Positions 1 through 13,194 of a stretch of 64,000 nt of DNA are shown piece by piece. This DNA comes from Lytechinus pictus (taxonomy: Eukaryota): assembly GCF_037042905.1 (NCBI RefSeq), contig NC_087245.1:42596001-42660000 (forward strand). The letters run 5' to 3'. How positions within the stretch are numbered: position 1 is the first letter of the stretch; every line of letters begins with the position of its first letter. The position numbers and the translations under genes were made by a program. The notes under the pieces were generated by a model, which was given only the letters and a program-made list of their open reading frames with translations, was not told where the DNA came from and made no database searches.

Positions 1-92
1 GGGATCAGGCCTGCGCTATCATACCCCCCCCCCCCGCCCCCCCCCCCCGGCCCCCCAATTATAATTTACTGTCGATCGTGAATCTCCATTTT

Positions 93-330
93 GATTTAGA
101 TTTAGATTTATTCATTTTCCGTTCACAAAGCACAACAAAATCAAACAATACATAGTCAAATTTGAAGTACAACATAAATCGGAGTAAGGTATAAACAATG
201 AGAACTAATGCGAACTAAAGTAACTTTGACTATAATGACTATATAAAACAGAACGGAGGGGCTTGCCAAGAAAAGCAAAGCTTGTATGAGAGGCAAGCCC
301 CCGTAACTTAGTTTCAGTACGTATATTATA
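93..330 (-). mobile_element. Probable 3' tail fragment of a non-LTR retrotransposon
   Basis: Short (tttaga)n tail at about 93-110 and a GGGGCTTGCC...GGCAAGCCCC stem-loop at about 258-301. Confidence 0.35.
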
Positions 331-509
331 AAGGAGAGACGGGAGACAGTTTAAAATTTTGATGATGTTCATGATCGCGCGCTCCAAGCTTCCAGATCTT
401 GCCCTTTATATGCCATCTTGCCCCCTAAAACGTACGTGAATTCTTATTACACAAATGTCACCCCCAGCCCCCCACCCTTTGGTACATGTACTTACTTTAT
501 CAATGGCAA

Positions 510-610
510 TCTGATCCTTCGTCAGGCCTTATAAAAGACCAATGATCCTTCGTCGGGCCTTTAGTTCATGATCCATCGACGGGCCTTAGTTAAGACCAAT
601 GATCCATCGT
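510..610. repeat. Minisatellite, about 30-bp unit, 3.5 copies
   Basis: Repeated tgatcc(t/a)tcg(t/a)c(a/g)ggcctt...agaccaa. Confidence 0.75.
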
Positions 611-1105
611 GTAATAATGGCAACAATGATAATGGTATGAAATGAGATCTCACAAGAATCGAAAATGAATTAAATCAATAAGAACAAGTATGCAAATAAA
701 GATAGGGCCTAAGGCCCTTGGTTGTCCTTAATTTTAGTTTTACATCTTTTAAAATGACAACTGAACCATTTGACATATTTTCCAATTATACAGGAGTGAC
801 GATGAATGAAGGTTGAAATGTAGATGGACTGTTCGTGCAACATTCCTGATTAATGAAATATAAATTCTAAATCATATTTATTCACATGCATTGAAAAACG
901 GTAAACATGAATACGTTTGTGCATACAGTGCATTAATTAAAGAAAGTCTAAGAAAGTAAATTAATGATCAAGTGGGAAGCATATAAGGCTTTTTGTTATG
1001 TCTTATGAAAATTTGAGATTTTAACTGCCCTCCCAAAAAATATAGCCTCAAATAAATAATGCGAGAGCGAAGCAAGAGCAGAATGCATAAATTAATGATC
1101 ATGTT

Positions 1106-1764
1106 ATGGCAGCGAGTCCAAACTTCGCGCGTGTCCATACTTCGCGGACGGTCATTATCTAAAAAACTAGCCAATATCCTTAAAATCTGACATCACCAAT
1201 GTGAAAAGCGACCTAAAATTACCCTTTGGTGTAAGTTTCTTTAGGATGAGTTCAGTATTCATGAAAATATTGGCAAAAGATCGGCAAATTTGTCGCCGTT
1301 AGCGCCCGTTTTGAAGAAATCTGATATTCTCAACAAGCATCACGATATCACCATTTTGCAAGCATTAATCATCAAAAATGTCAGTTAAATATGGTACTAA
1401 CCGATTCTATAGCATTTTGCCATCAATCTGATATAAATTTTTCACTTTTTCAGCTTGAGTTTCTGTTTAAATCTCCACAAAAACTTTGGTCCGCGAAGTT
1501 AGGTCACACTTTTTCTGAACGGTTTTCCAGCACAGCGCGCATTCGCCATGTTCACCGATCGGAATAGAATTTTGAGATCGCGATACCGGCGAAAGCCCTT
1601 GACCTACTTCACATTTTCGTCCATGATTTTATACTTTACGATCTTGCCGTCAATGTGGTAACTATTTCTTGAATTCTTTTTGTATGAATTATGAATATTT
1701 TGTGAAAAAAAATCTGCCTGATGAATATTTTTGAAAAGTGCGCGAAGTTTGGACACCCCATCAT
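1106..1764. mobile_element. Non-autonomous DNA transposon (MITE)
   Basis: Inverted ends gtccaaacttcgcgc (about 1116) and gcgcgaagtttggac (about 1740). Confidence 0.65.
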
Positions 1765-4700
1765 ACAGGAACATTATTTAGTGTCAGTTTTAGGGGTAAT
1801 AAAACTTGCATTAAGCTAATTAATTCAATGAATGAATAAAGGGAAAATATACAAAGGTCTTATTTAGTGAAATGGCACGTCTTGGTTATTGCAAAACTAG
1901 GAAATGTAGTGTATGAGGGTAACACAAAATATAATAGATGATTAAATTTAGGGCGAATACATGCAGGCCATGCCCATATATACATGGGCACTAAAATCAA
2001 ACCCCTGGCCCTAGCTCCATATAGAATATCTACGTGTATGCATTTATGTATGCAATCATAGCATGCACGTATACGGTGTACGCGCATGTACGATTTCACC
2101 TAATTAGTATTCATATTTTCTATTTATAGATAGAGCGCGTATACACAGCTTTGCATGCTGTATGCACACACACACGATACGTGTAATGCATACTATTAGT
2201 AATGCATGTGGAGCACACTCGCAGGGGTTAATTTCTCGTTGATACTCGATCTCACGTACCCCCCCCCCCCCCCCACCTCTTCACCTCTCATTGTGATCAC
2301 TCGGGTTTTGTCGCGTTTTGAATATATTATCTCGAAGTTTTAGATTCATTTGACAGAATATGATCAATTCTATAACTGACTTTTCGACGAATTTCGGACA
2401 CAGCAGAATGGGTACCCCCCGGCTGCTGCTGTCATAATAATTGAGTGACGCTTTGTCAATTTTTTTTTCATTTGCATGCATTTCTTGAATATGATTTAGT
2501 ATTGTTAAATGTATGTTGCTATGCTTATCTATGGTCTGACCGATCGGCCGAATAATGTTTATTTTTGTTTTGTTCATTCGACACAAACCTGTATCATTGA
2601 TTCTCTTTTTCATGACGGAGTGTGGAAGAGTTTTTGCGTCAATACACACCCCCAGCCGTACTCCAAGGGGCGAGCTGAAGATGTATTAAAGAGAGGGAGA
2701 GAGAGGGGGCCGGGGTGGAAATTCCCACTCGAGATGTCTTCATAAAAATTATGCTGGAACTACTAGAAACGTTAAATTTGCTATCAAGGAATAAATAATT
2801 TTGTTTAATATCACGAAGGAATCTTTTCTTAAAGCTCCGTTCCCCTATTCTCGTTGGATTACATTCTGGCGATGTAAATTGATTTCTACATGTAAGACAA
2901 AATAAGCCTATGAACCCCAGCCCCCCCCCCCCCCCCAGGTTGACAAAATTCTAGTCAACCTCCGATATCCCAGAGTAGTCTTTTGTGCAAATTCTAAGTC
3001 CCACTGGAGCGTAAGTTAGTAATGCAAAGGTGATTACAAGAGCCTCTCGATCTCCAAACCATGGAGGGATGGGAGAGAGAAAGAGAGTGGGGATGAGCAG
3101 ATTATACTGGAAAATGGCTTGATATATGATATGCCGTCTTCATGCCTCGTTCATGGGTTGTGAGCGACATGTTCAACAGTTGAAAAAAATAAACACATTG
3201 TCATTTGATGGGATAATGTATGCTATCAGGAAATTAATAAATCTGTCAAATTGCCATTAAACCTTCTGTGAAATTACTTATTCTTTGGTGTTTTTTTCAT
3301 TGTCGAGTTATACGTAGATAGCCTTTTTTTGCCTGCAGTTGTGTTGGACTACGTTTTAACGAAAATAGTACAAGGGTCTAATACTCGTTGGTCAACCTCA
3401 GTCACCCCCCCCCCCAACACACACACACAAAATATAATAAATCAGAAAAGTTCACTTTTTAATCAATAAATCACACCACTTCTAGTCGATTCCACCCGTC
3501 TCCCTCTTCTAATCTCTCTCCCTCCGTCAGGTCGCCCTGCATGACCTTGCCTCCTGCCGAACGGTTTGTTTGTTTGTTTTGGGTTTTTTTTTAATTAAAG
3601 GCTATTCTATTATGAGGTTGCTTAAAACATATAGGTGGACTTCAAAATAATTAACACCTTATGAAAATGACTTTATGACAGTTTACCAACTGGCACTCAT
3701 TTGGAAGACGCGTGATGTGGCCCATTTCTAGGCATTGGAAGCCAGATATTCTTAGTACCGGTATGTTGGGTCAAATCTTTATGGAATTTCGCTATATTCC
3801 AATTCGTATTTTCATCTTACGGTAATTAATTCAATTCATACCCGTTGGAGTACAGTAAATCTAGAATTCATGAATTCATGTCAAAATAATAATTGAAGAA
3901 AGGCATACAATGATTCATCAAATGCAGAAAATAATTGTAACAAAATCATTTCATATCACAATGCAGGCAATGGGAGAAAAACAATTAATGACCCCCCCCC
4001 CCCCCCCCCCCCCCCTCTGCAAAAAATAATATCAATCAACCAACCAAAATCACGTCCGACGCGACACAACTACCGGTAGTTACTTTGAACCATGGAGGTT
4101 GGATGTTCGAACACACTTCGCCTCCATACTAGTACTCGAATCCAAAACAAAATACGGGCCTCAGTCAAGTGTCACACATATCACATGCACGAGAAAGGGA
4201 ATAAGGGAAGAAAGGATATTGATAATGGTGGTAAAGCATCAACTGATAATTTACTTCTAGATTAAATTAAAGCAAGCGCACTTGTACCCATGCCGCTGTT
4301 TTCTTGAGAGCTAAGCTGAGCGAGCATTCTATACCGGCCGGCGCCGAGATCCTCGGCGCACCAGTTTTGCTCGTGCGCTGTGACTAGGTCCTATTCCGCT
4401 TCGTTCCGCGATTCTCACATCTCTGACGCCAGGATGTGACTGGGTACCATTCTCCTGCATTCCGCCGATCACCATTCCGCTTCGTTCCGCCGATAAGTTC
4501 ATTGCCACACCCACAAGTTCATTGCCACGCCCACAAATCGTCGGAACCCGTTCTTGAAACTGTCCAGCGTTCTCCTGCATGCGAACGGACCTCAATAATA
4601 AAAATACGGTCCCTAAGCCTGAGTCATATCGATTATTTTGAAAACCGGTGTTCGACAGCTTTAATTCGATCGAACATCGACGCATCGAATTTTGAAGGCG

Positions 4701-5229
4701 GGGAATATCGACTCATTTTTTTTTTGCTCTGGCCGTCGCGCGATGCGCTATGCACGCACTGACGCCCTGGCTGGCTGAGTGCACAAGCAGATGACAGAGC
4801 AAAGTTCGTTTGTATTTTCCATGATCACAAAACACAAAAAAAGCCGGGGACCAATGCAGAATTCTTCCCAAAATATCTTTAAAAATGATATTTGCAGATG
4901 ACAACATATAAGTTTAAAATGAAACAATATTAAAGACATGAATCACGCAGAGTCGATCAGAATGATTTTCGGTCAACTAGCATTCGAGCCCAGACTCGCA
5001 CACACCAGCCCCGTCAGCAGCCCCGTACACTCACTCTCCCGAAACGACAGGCGTGCTTGCCAGCGGAGAGCGCTGTAACTTGCCTGAGATTGTGTAGTTG
5101 GCGGGGTAGTTGGATCCAAAACGCGCTCCAAATTGATGGGAATAAATACGTAATTTTCTCTGGATGGTCATTTGAATTGGTATTCAATGCTGATATAACG
5201 ATTGCGAACAAAGATTGTGGAATATGAGT

Positions 5230-6082
5230 TATGACGATGTTCGAGAATTAATCCTGATATGATAATCCATTTTTATTTTAGACACAGGAGCATGCAATCG
5301 AAATAAATACGAATGTCTCGTGCTCGGATCGAGCTCTAAATTCATATAAATTATTATTGGATGTTAAATAATTACGATTTAATAAGATTTTATGGCCATA
5401 CTAAAAATATTGACAATGTCAGCAAAGAATGTCATGTTCATATGGAAGTAGTAATAGTATTGTAGACACACAACCTGTCCGGACACACAACAACTGGGTA
5501 TAGGCCTACTGGCATTATTTTTATTCTTATTCCATCTCTGGACAAGCTCCGAGAAAAGAAGCACAATGCGCATGCGCGTTCGATGACGTACGACATATTT
5601 TCCATTCATGAAATCAGAGCCCAAAGTTGGGCACATTTTAGCTTTAAATTAATGGGGAAATATAAAATGCAATTTTCTCTGTTTTGTCATGTAAAATGTT
5701 ATTATATGGTGATATTACGATCTTGAAAAGAGTTTCTGCATGTTGACAATGTTCGAGAATCAATCCTGATGTGATAAATATTTTTTTAGACAAGTGCACT
5801 CACTCAAGTCGATCGTCATGTGATGTCCGTCATTGAAAATTGAAACGAAATACAAACGTTTCACATCAAGCTCTAAATTCATTAAATGATTATCATATGC
5901 AAATTATTGTAGCATATTACGATTAAATAATGTTCTATGGTCATGATAATATTTAATATTGTTCATGAAAGCAAGGTTTATTTTGCGTTGATCGTGTCAA
6001 TTTTCCGGCCATTTTCTTGTTTGATTAAAGCACAGTACTGCGCATGCACGATCGATGGCGATGACTTCCATTCATGAATTCA
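5230..6082. repeat. Diverged direct repeat, period about 510 bp
   Basis: Collinear shared blocks tgttcgagaat.aatcctgat, gctctaaattcat, ttacgatt.aataa, tgcgcatgc.cg.tcgatg, ttccattcatgaa at 5230-5615 and 5742-6082. Confidence 0.7.
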
Positions 6083-8178
6083 TCGTGCATAAATTATCTC
6101 CGCACGAGCAGACGAGTTAGACTCGAACTATGATCGAAATAAACTTCAAATTAATGGTGAATAGGCATCATAATTACACAATCGGTTTCATTTTGGGGGC
6201 AATGTAAATCAAGTAAATCAAGTAAGTAGTAGTCAAGTTGGACATTACTGTTTATTTTAATGGTTGATTGTGTGAACCAAACGAATCGGCCGGCCGACGT
6301 ATTTTTTTTTCGATGCACCGATTTGCAAAACCAGCGCACGGGGGTTAACATTCGCCCTGCTTGCTGCGGTGCGCAGCTGAGCTGTGCTGGCGCGCGTGTG
6401 GCCATGATTGGAAAGTGATCGTCTTGCGATAATAATTATGTGAGTTCTTTTTTTCGGTGGAATCTATTCATTTTTAAAAAGGTTTGCATTAGTAAAGGAG
6501 ACACCTAAAATAAAAATATTTAATGCTATTTCCCGTCAGATGTGACAAATTTTCATACACGGGCTGTGTGAAATATTTTATTTTTTCAAGGCATAAAATT
6601 TAAAAAATTTCTGTCGGCACCTAAAAAAAAAGGATCGATCGATCTACACACTCACGCAAAAAAGATTGAGCGGGCTTGAGCTCAAGCTCGTATGTGTGGA
6701 AATGTAGTTTGCAAAAATCAAAATTGCAGTTGCACATTTTGAGGGGAACAGCGCAGCGCGGTGCCGCCGCACCGGGAGCTGAGCCGCAGTGGGCCGTGGA
6801 GAGTGCCACCTCGAGTCGAGATCCCGTCGCCGACCCAGTTTTTCGGCTTCCCCAGAACCCAGCCATGCCAGCTCGTACTTCGTAGTCGTACTCGCGCGGC
6901 TCACCATGCTCACACAGTCCCGCAGCCACAGAGAGTGCCAGCAATGTCTGCGGTAGAAAGACCAGAACCCTATCATTAGAAAATTTCAAAACACTAGACT
7001 TTGAAGCAAAAAAATATAGTAGTAATACTTACCTCTTTAGAATCACGAATCCGACAAGGAACTGGGAATATCAAGTCAACCAGACGAGCCGTGTAAATTT
7101 GTGGGAGTGGTCGAAAACCCGGAAGTATGGTATGGTAGATAATGAAATTCGCTGTCCCACGTGCACCACACACAAGACCAAAGCCATCAACCCATTTCAC
7201 ATTCTGAGCGGCTTCCTCTTGCATCAGCGAATAAAGTTTCGGAAACAAAATGTGCATTGTGGGATACAGTTTGGAGAGAGGGCAATACGCAATCAGCTGG
7301 GTCCAGATAGACGAAATGAATAGAAAATCTAAATATCCAAATATGGTAGTGTCTTAGGTGAAGGAATGACAAAATACATTCATATTCTCGGGGTCTATCG
7401 GAAAAATTGCCCAAACCTGTATATAAACATGATGTAGGGTCCGTGTGGCGTAATGACAAAAAAAAAAGAAGAAAAAAACCTTTTTCATAAGGATATCTAA
7501 TTATGAGATTGATTTTGACCCCGGGACTTTGACGTATGAGAATGTTATCATATTTCACCTTTTTCTTTAATTCCTTTTCTATCTTTTTTTTTTCTTATGG
7601 TCGTGAATTTCTTTTTTTAATTAAGTTCAAGTCCTTTCAAATTAATTCAAATCAATAAAGAAAATATATATTACACATTTTGACCGGGCATTTTGACCCA
7701 AAAAAAAAAGAGAGAAGACATGACATGACATGAAAATAAGACATGATTAGGTTTTGGGCCCCATAGCCGAAGTAACGCTTAATTCAAGGGCCACGGGCCC
7801 CTGAAAAAAAAACATCAAAAAAAGCAGAAAAAGTTGAGGAAAGAAAAATTATTGACATTGATAAACTAGTATTGAAAGTAAATGAGAAAAATACTATCAC
7901 GCCCACACACACATATAGATCCGCACACCCATTCACATCCCAACGCGTATATTGGTTTTCAAGAAAAGTATCAAAATAAATATTTTCGACATTTTTTTTA
8001 TATAGGCAGTGATCTTGAACTGGATCTACATGCTTTGTAGTAACTTCCATCCTAGATAATATCACAAAATAATTAAAAGCCGGCAGTTTTTGTTAATTCT
8101 TGCAAACGCATGGAAAAGATTTCTTTGATGCGTAGGCCTAAATGGACCATGGCCCCAATCCCCATCTATACACCATTA

Positions 8179-8379
8179 CAGTGGCGGATATGTGCCCCCC
8201 CCCCTCCCTTGAGAGCCATAATCATTTCTTAATGTATATGGCCGTTTTTACCCAAGTGACGTGTGCCCCCCCCCCCCCCGCTTTGAAAATGAGGACATTT
8301 TTTTTTCTTTTTTTTTTTGCTTGTCAAATTTTCATCGGGAAAATGTGCCCCCTTTTGGAAAATCCTGGATCCGCCCCTG
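8179..8379. mobile_element. Short MITE with CAG(G/T)GGCGGAT termini
   Basis: cagtggcggat ... atccgcccctg inverted ends; no matching TSD seen. Confidence 0.55.
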
Positions 8380-8632
8380 ATTGGTGGGTCACTATAGTTG
8401 CCCGATACTCGGGGCCTTTCCAGAGAGGCAGAGCCATGACTGGGAGGGGGTAAGACATTGCGTGGGCCCCACATCCAGGGAATCGGGCGGAGTTGGGGAA
8501 TTAACAGAAAAGGAGGTTGTCAAGTGTAAAAAAAAAAGAAGAAAAAAAAAGGAACTTATCCCCTTGGAGTGCCCGATCAAGGTAGCAGTCCTAAAGCATG
8601 CAGGGTAATGATAACGATATCATAGACTCGCT

Positions 8633-8850
8633 GGAGCGTTCATGGTTGTGGCCCAGTAGATTAGTCTCCGGACTTTGAAACAGAGGGTCGTGGGTTCAAA
8701 TCCCAGCCATGCTGGCGTAGTTTCCTTCAGCTAGAAATTTATCCACATTGTGCTGCACTTAATCCAGGTAAGGTGAATGGGTATACCTGGCAGGGATTTA
8801 TTCCTTTAAATGCCGAGCGCTGGAAGATAGCTGCTTGAGCTACAGCCGCC
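8633..8850 (+). mobile_element. tRNA-derived SINE
   Basis: A box tggcccagtagatt and B box ggttcaaatccc followed by a non-tRNA body; related copies at 22095-22360(-) and 42955-43050(-). Confidence 0.8.
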
Positions 8851-9040
8851 GGCGCAAGTGTACCAAAACAATGGCGGGTCGTATAGTTTGAATAGAAGTC
8901 TCCCAACCTCCCTAATTTTGCCATTGATTAAGTAGAGAATTCCACTCTACAGATATTTCGTGCGCGCCAGATAATTATTATGATAATAATGCACTAGACC
9001 TTATAGACATGTTCTCGAAATGTTCTGGTTTAAAGCTTAG

Positions 9041-9426
9041 TTAACAGTGATTGGTTAACATTGGTTTGACTTTTAAAAAATATGAGCTAGAAGGTCACAC
9101 TTGTCACCTGTGTCTGTGATATGTTACAAAAATGAAGCCCAGAAAAAATTGCGTTCGAAAATAATTATTTAGTGCTTCAAAAATTGAAATATAAAGTGAC
9201 CGAAAACACCATCTTATCATCCCATACACTTATGTGTACTATTTAGGCGTCTATAAGACGCCTATTTACAAAATCGGGGTTTGCCTTGTAGTTTTAGCTT
9301 TTCATTCTCAATAATGGTTGTTTTCAGGGTTTATTAGTTCTAATACATGCACTTGTACACATGTTTCATCTTGATTTGAGAATTTTTCAAATCGGCTGCT
9401 CACACTGAGTTAAACAATATCTTTAA
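9041..9426. mobile_element. TTAA-flanked non-autonomous DNA element nested in the LINE
   Basis: ttaa-cagtgattggttaac ... gttaaacaatatct-ttaa imperfect TIRs; interrupts RT between SGLKL and YLGI. Confidence 0.65.
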
Positions 9427-9878
9427 ACGCAAATATCCGGGTCTCTGAAAAAAACTATTCAGATTGATTTGCCTGGGACTGATATAACGTTGATTAATAT
9501 GAAATTCGTTATATTTAGGAATCGATTTCTGTATTGATCTGAAAAATCTCCCTGATTTCAAGAGTATTTGATAAACTAAAAAGACAAATGATATCTTGGT
9601 CAAAGCATAATATTTCTGTACTTGGTCGTGTAATCCTTGTCAAATCATTGCTTGTTTCACAATTCAATCATTTATTCATGTCTATTCCAAATCCGTCCGA
9701 ACATCTTCTAGAATCAGTAAATGTGTCTTTCTACAAATTTATATATGGAAGGGGAAACCCGACAAAATAAGCAGGAAACAAATTGTTTGTAACTATGAAA
9801 ATGGTGGACTTAAAATGATCGATGTTGGACACTTTTCTAGAGCTTTGAAACTGTCTTGGATAAGAAGAATACTGTCAA

Positions 9879-10841
9879 AGTTTCTCATTAATGTATACAT
9901 TTTTGAAGCCGTTAGTACATAATGGTTAGTCGCGTGTATTTTGAGTATCCGAAAGTCCCCACACACAGCTTCAACACAGGGAACAGTGGTTTTCATGAAC
10001 GTAATATTGCAGAAATCCGGGTATATCTTTATAACTATTAATCTCATACCAGATTGATAATAGTGTGAAAAATTTATCCAATTCCATTAATTTGATGTAA
10101 ATATTATTACAATTAATTCACTATTAACGTCTCGCTGTTCATTTGAAAGTGTCCATTGCTATGGCAAACGGTTTAAAACCACCCATATTTTCGAGACGCT
10201 GGCACCTTTGTTTTCCCACTGGAATATCCCTAAGGGTAAAAAAGGTAAAGATTGATCGTCATCTCAATGCTAAATAAATTACCTACATGTTGATGTATAA
10301 TAATTTATGACTGGTATAATGGTTACATCTTATTTTTCTCCCAAACTTTAAGATCGAGCATGCAGAACATGGCATATTATTTTCTGTGTACAACGTCACA
10401 TGACTATTACGTATGATAGTTTCCGTTCCGAGACCCTTTTTATTTAAAACAATTTATTAATACAGTCCAATCAAACTTAATTAACGCATTTAATGTCGAA
10501 AGTAACAATGTTCTTGTACTATAAAGCTTTGCCTTCTGATATTTATAATATAGCTACAGTTTGAGGAAGCAAATATCGAGTCCGAAATTGATTTTGATTT
10601 AATAGGGTCTTTGTAAGTATACTATATACTAGCAGGCTAGCATCGTCTGCTACGTAAACCAAATGAGCGAAAATGACCGAAACTAACCATTATGCATTAG
10701 AATGGGGTAAAGGGGATATATATTTCACTAAACTATCACTCATGGTCCAAAACAGTTTTTCGAAGGAAATCTTTATAATAGTTTCCTCATTTATTCGAAA
10801 TGTTCAGTGTATTTCTCTTTTTTGACCGGCTATCCCTTTAA
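9879..10841. mobile_element. Second insertion in the LINE, one Kolobok-type end (…tatccct-TTAA)
   Basis: LINE peptide stops after WIRRILS and resumes after ccctttaa at 10841; left TIR not found. Confidence 0.55.
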
Positions 10842-12672
10842 GGTATATTCTGATGTAAAAATGGTGGAAAAGGTATATTCTTGAAGGAATGGTGGGACAA
10901 AGGCATTAGATTTATCAACGATTTATTAGATGAAAAGGGAAAACTTTTTTGAAAGACAAGAGTGTGAAAAAAGATTTTCAATCAAAATTCAGTTTCTTCA
11001 ATATTATGCCCTATGTCAGATTATTAAATGTATAAAGCTCAGTTGAATACGTGTAATATGAAATCTAATGAACCATTATGCCCTGGTTATATCTCTCATT
11101 TACTGAAGGACAAAAAAAGGATGTAGACATGTATATATTGTATCATGTTAAAAGAAAATTATGATTAATAGATGGCTTGTCAATGGCATTTCGATGGACA
11201 TCAGAGATATGAACAATTATTTTAAAATGATGTTTCGATGTCCAACTTATACTACAATGAGATACTTTCAGTACCGACTACTAAATAAGATATTATATTT
11301 GAATAAGGATCTTGTAAAGATGAAAATAATTGTAGATGCAAAATGCTCCCGGAAAATGCTCTTTTTGTGGAAGGGAAGAAGAAAACGCTGTCCATTTTTT
11401 TTTATCAATGTCATGTGGTAAATCTTATCTGGGAACGATTTACAGACTGCCATGGTTATACAATTTAACAAGCTTTAGAATAAATCTTACTGCTGTACAT
11501 GTTTTGTTTGGTTTCATAGAAGAAAAAAACCCGATGCTTTAAATTGTTTATTAATTTGGACGAAACAACAAGTATATACTCTGCTCGTGTGAAAAAGACC
11601 ATACCTATACATTTGAGAAAATTGAAACAATATATAAGAAAATGTTACAAAAATGAGAGGCAAATTAGTATTATGGAAAACAACACACATAAATTTGATA
11701 AAAAATTGGTAAATTTTGAAAAAATACTTGTCATTTTGTAATAAGATTTCCGGACCTTGATATGTATTTCTGTTTAATGTAAACATATTTTCATGATGAA
11801 TATGCAGTGTGTTTCGGGTGAGAGGTGATCAATTATTGTTGAAGGGGCCGTGTGTGTGGTGCTCATTTGTTTTTGGTGTTGCATGTGTCGGCGGTGGAAC
11901 GGATGGGCGTAGGGCATGGCCACTCTCGGTATATCGGTTGCCTTTTGTTTGAAACGACCTGTAGGCAGTATTCAAAATTATACTATGTGTGTATGATATG
12001 CTTTGTATTATAACATTTATATCATTGTTAAATTGTTTATGCAAATATATGCCCTATCGGAGGGAAATAAAAAAAAACAGAAAAAAAAAATTATGATAAT
12101 AACTCTGTTTACACAACCTTAAGACAAACTATCATGCATGCATGATTTGCATCGCGTACGTCGAGCTGATCAGCTTGTTCCAAACGAAGTTCAAGCCCCG
12201 TTCCCGTTAAAAGATTCTCTATTCAGCGTTTCAACAACAACAACAACAACGAAATCCATTGTATCACTTTATACATAATTGTATATTTTCATTCAAATCT
12301 CTTATCCCCCCCCTCCCCTCGATCTATTTTACCACGTCTGAACGCACGGGAGGTACGTAGCAGTATGAGCTTCGCGACATTTACATTGTGGTATGCAATG
12401 TAAAAAGCTTCAATAACATCTTCCGGTGGCCCGTATACGGCGAGCCAAGAAAAAAGATTGCCAAAACTAATGATCTTCCGCTACGGTGACATAAAATTAT
12501 GATTGTACCATGCTTTCGAACGAATTCTAGGTTTTGTAAAGATTTGCAGATCGAGCTCACTTATTACGGTTTTCTTACGGCGTTCGTTTGAGTATAAGAT
12601 ACTCGAGAGTACTTCGTCTTACGTCAAACGTGCGGCCGTCGTATGACTTTCTACATGCTCTCCCTTTGTCTT

Positions 12673-12828
12673 GGGGTAATTGTCCGGGGGTAATTGTCCT
12701 CAGGGGGTAGTTGTACGGGGGGTAATTGTCCTCGGGGGATAATTGTCCTCAGGGGTAATTGTCCGGGGTGTAATTGTCCGGGGTAGTTGTCCGGGGGTAA
12801 TTGTCCAGTGGGTGTTGTCCTGATACGG
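12673..12828. repeat. G-rich minisatellite (GGGGTAATTGTCC)n, about 10 units
   Basis: Tandem ggggta(a/g)ttgtcc units with variable G runs. Confidence 0.9.
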
Positions 12829-12844
12829 CGGTACGGCAACAACA

Positions 12845-13017
12845 TAGTCTGCAGGCACAGACCATGATTGAAACTTTGTTCAACAAGTGTGTCTCCACTC
12901 ATAGACTAGCACATACAAAACTTGCCTGAGCGAGAGGGCCTTCAGTACATACACAAGGCATGAGTAGGCTGCAATTCAGACCCTTCACTCGAGTGAAGGG
13001 TTTGCCCAGCAGACTAG
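12845..13017. mobile_element. Short MITE with an internal palindrome
   Basis: tagtctgc ... gcagacta ends; internal palindrome acccttcactcgagtgaagggt near 12980-13001. Confidence 0.55.
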
Positions 13018-13034
13018 CAAGAACATTCGATCCG

Positions 13035-13191
13035 GGGAGCGTTTCATGAAAGGGGTTGTCGGACGTTTTATCCGACAAGTCCTATTTTATCCGACAGTTA
13101 CCATAGTAACACTGCTTCTTAGCCAATCAAAATCAAGGAAAGTTGTCGGATCTGACATCTTGTCGGACAAAAATGTTGATGAAACGCTCCC
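13035..13191. mobile_element. About 155-bp MITE (GGGAGCGTTTCAT TIR), copy 1
   Basis: Near-identical copies at 45718-45874 and 46609-46754; CNG flanks (CTG/CTG at copy 2), PIF/Harbinger-like. Confidence 0.85.
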
Positions 13192-13194
13192 AGA

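Larger units (their letters stand above)
8990..12090 (+). mobile_element. 5'-truncated, decayed L1/Tx1-type LINE (RT C-terminus, CCHC zinc finger, poly-A)
   Basis: Frameshifted peptides ALDLIDMFSKCSGLKL (8991), YLGIDF (about 9512), WSKHNISVLGRVILVKSLL, ENGGLKMID...ALKLSWIRR, WWDKGIRFINDL, FQYRLLNKIL, CSFCGREEENAVHFF; A-rich tail 12066-12090; direct repeat ttatgataataa at 8978-8989 and 12091-12102. Confidence 0.9.

Noticed and set aside
8640..8712. tRNA genes at 8640(+), 21880(-), 22290(-), 42975(-)
   Set aside because: A and B boxes are present but there is no intact acceptor stem, and they continue into shared non-tRNA bodies: SINE heads.
12651..12902. GQLPP-repeat protein ORF
   Set aside because: Translation of the GGGGTAATTGTCC minisatellite.
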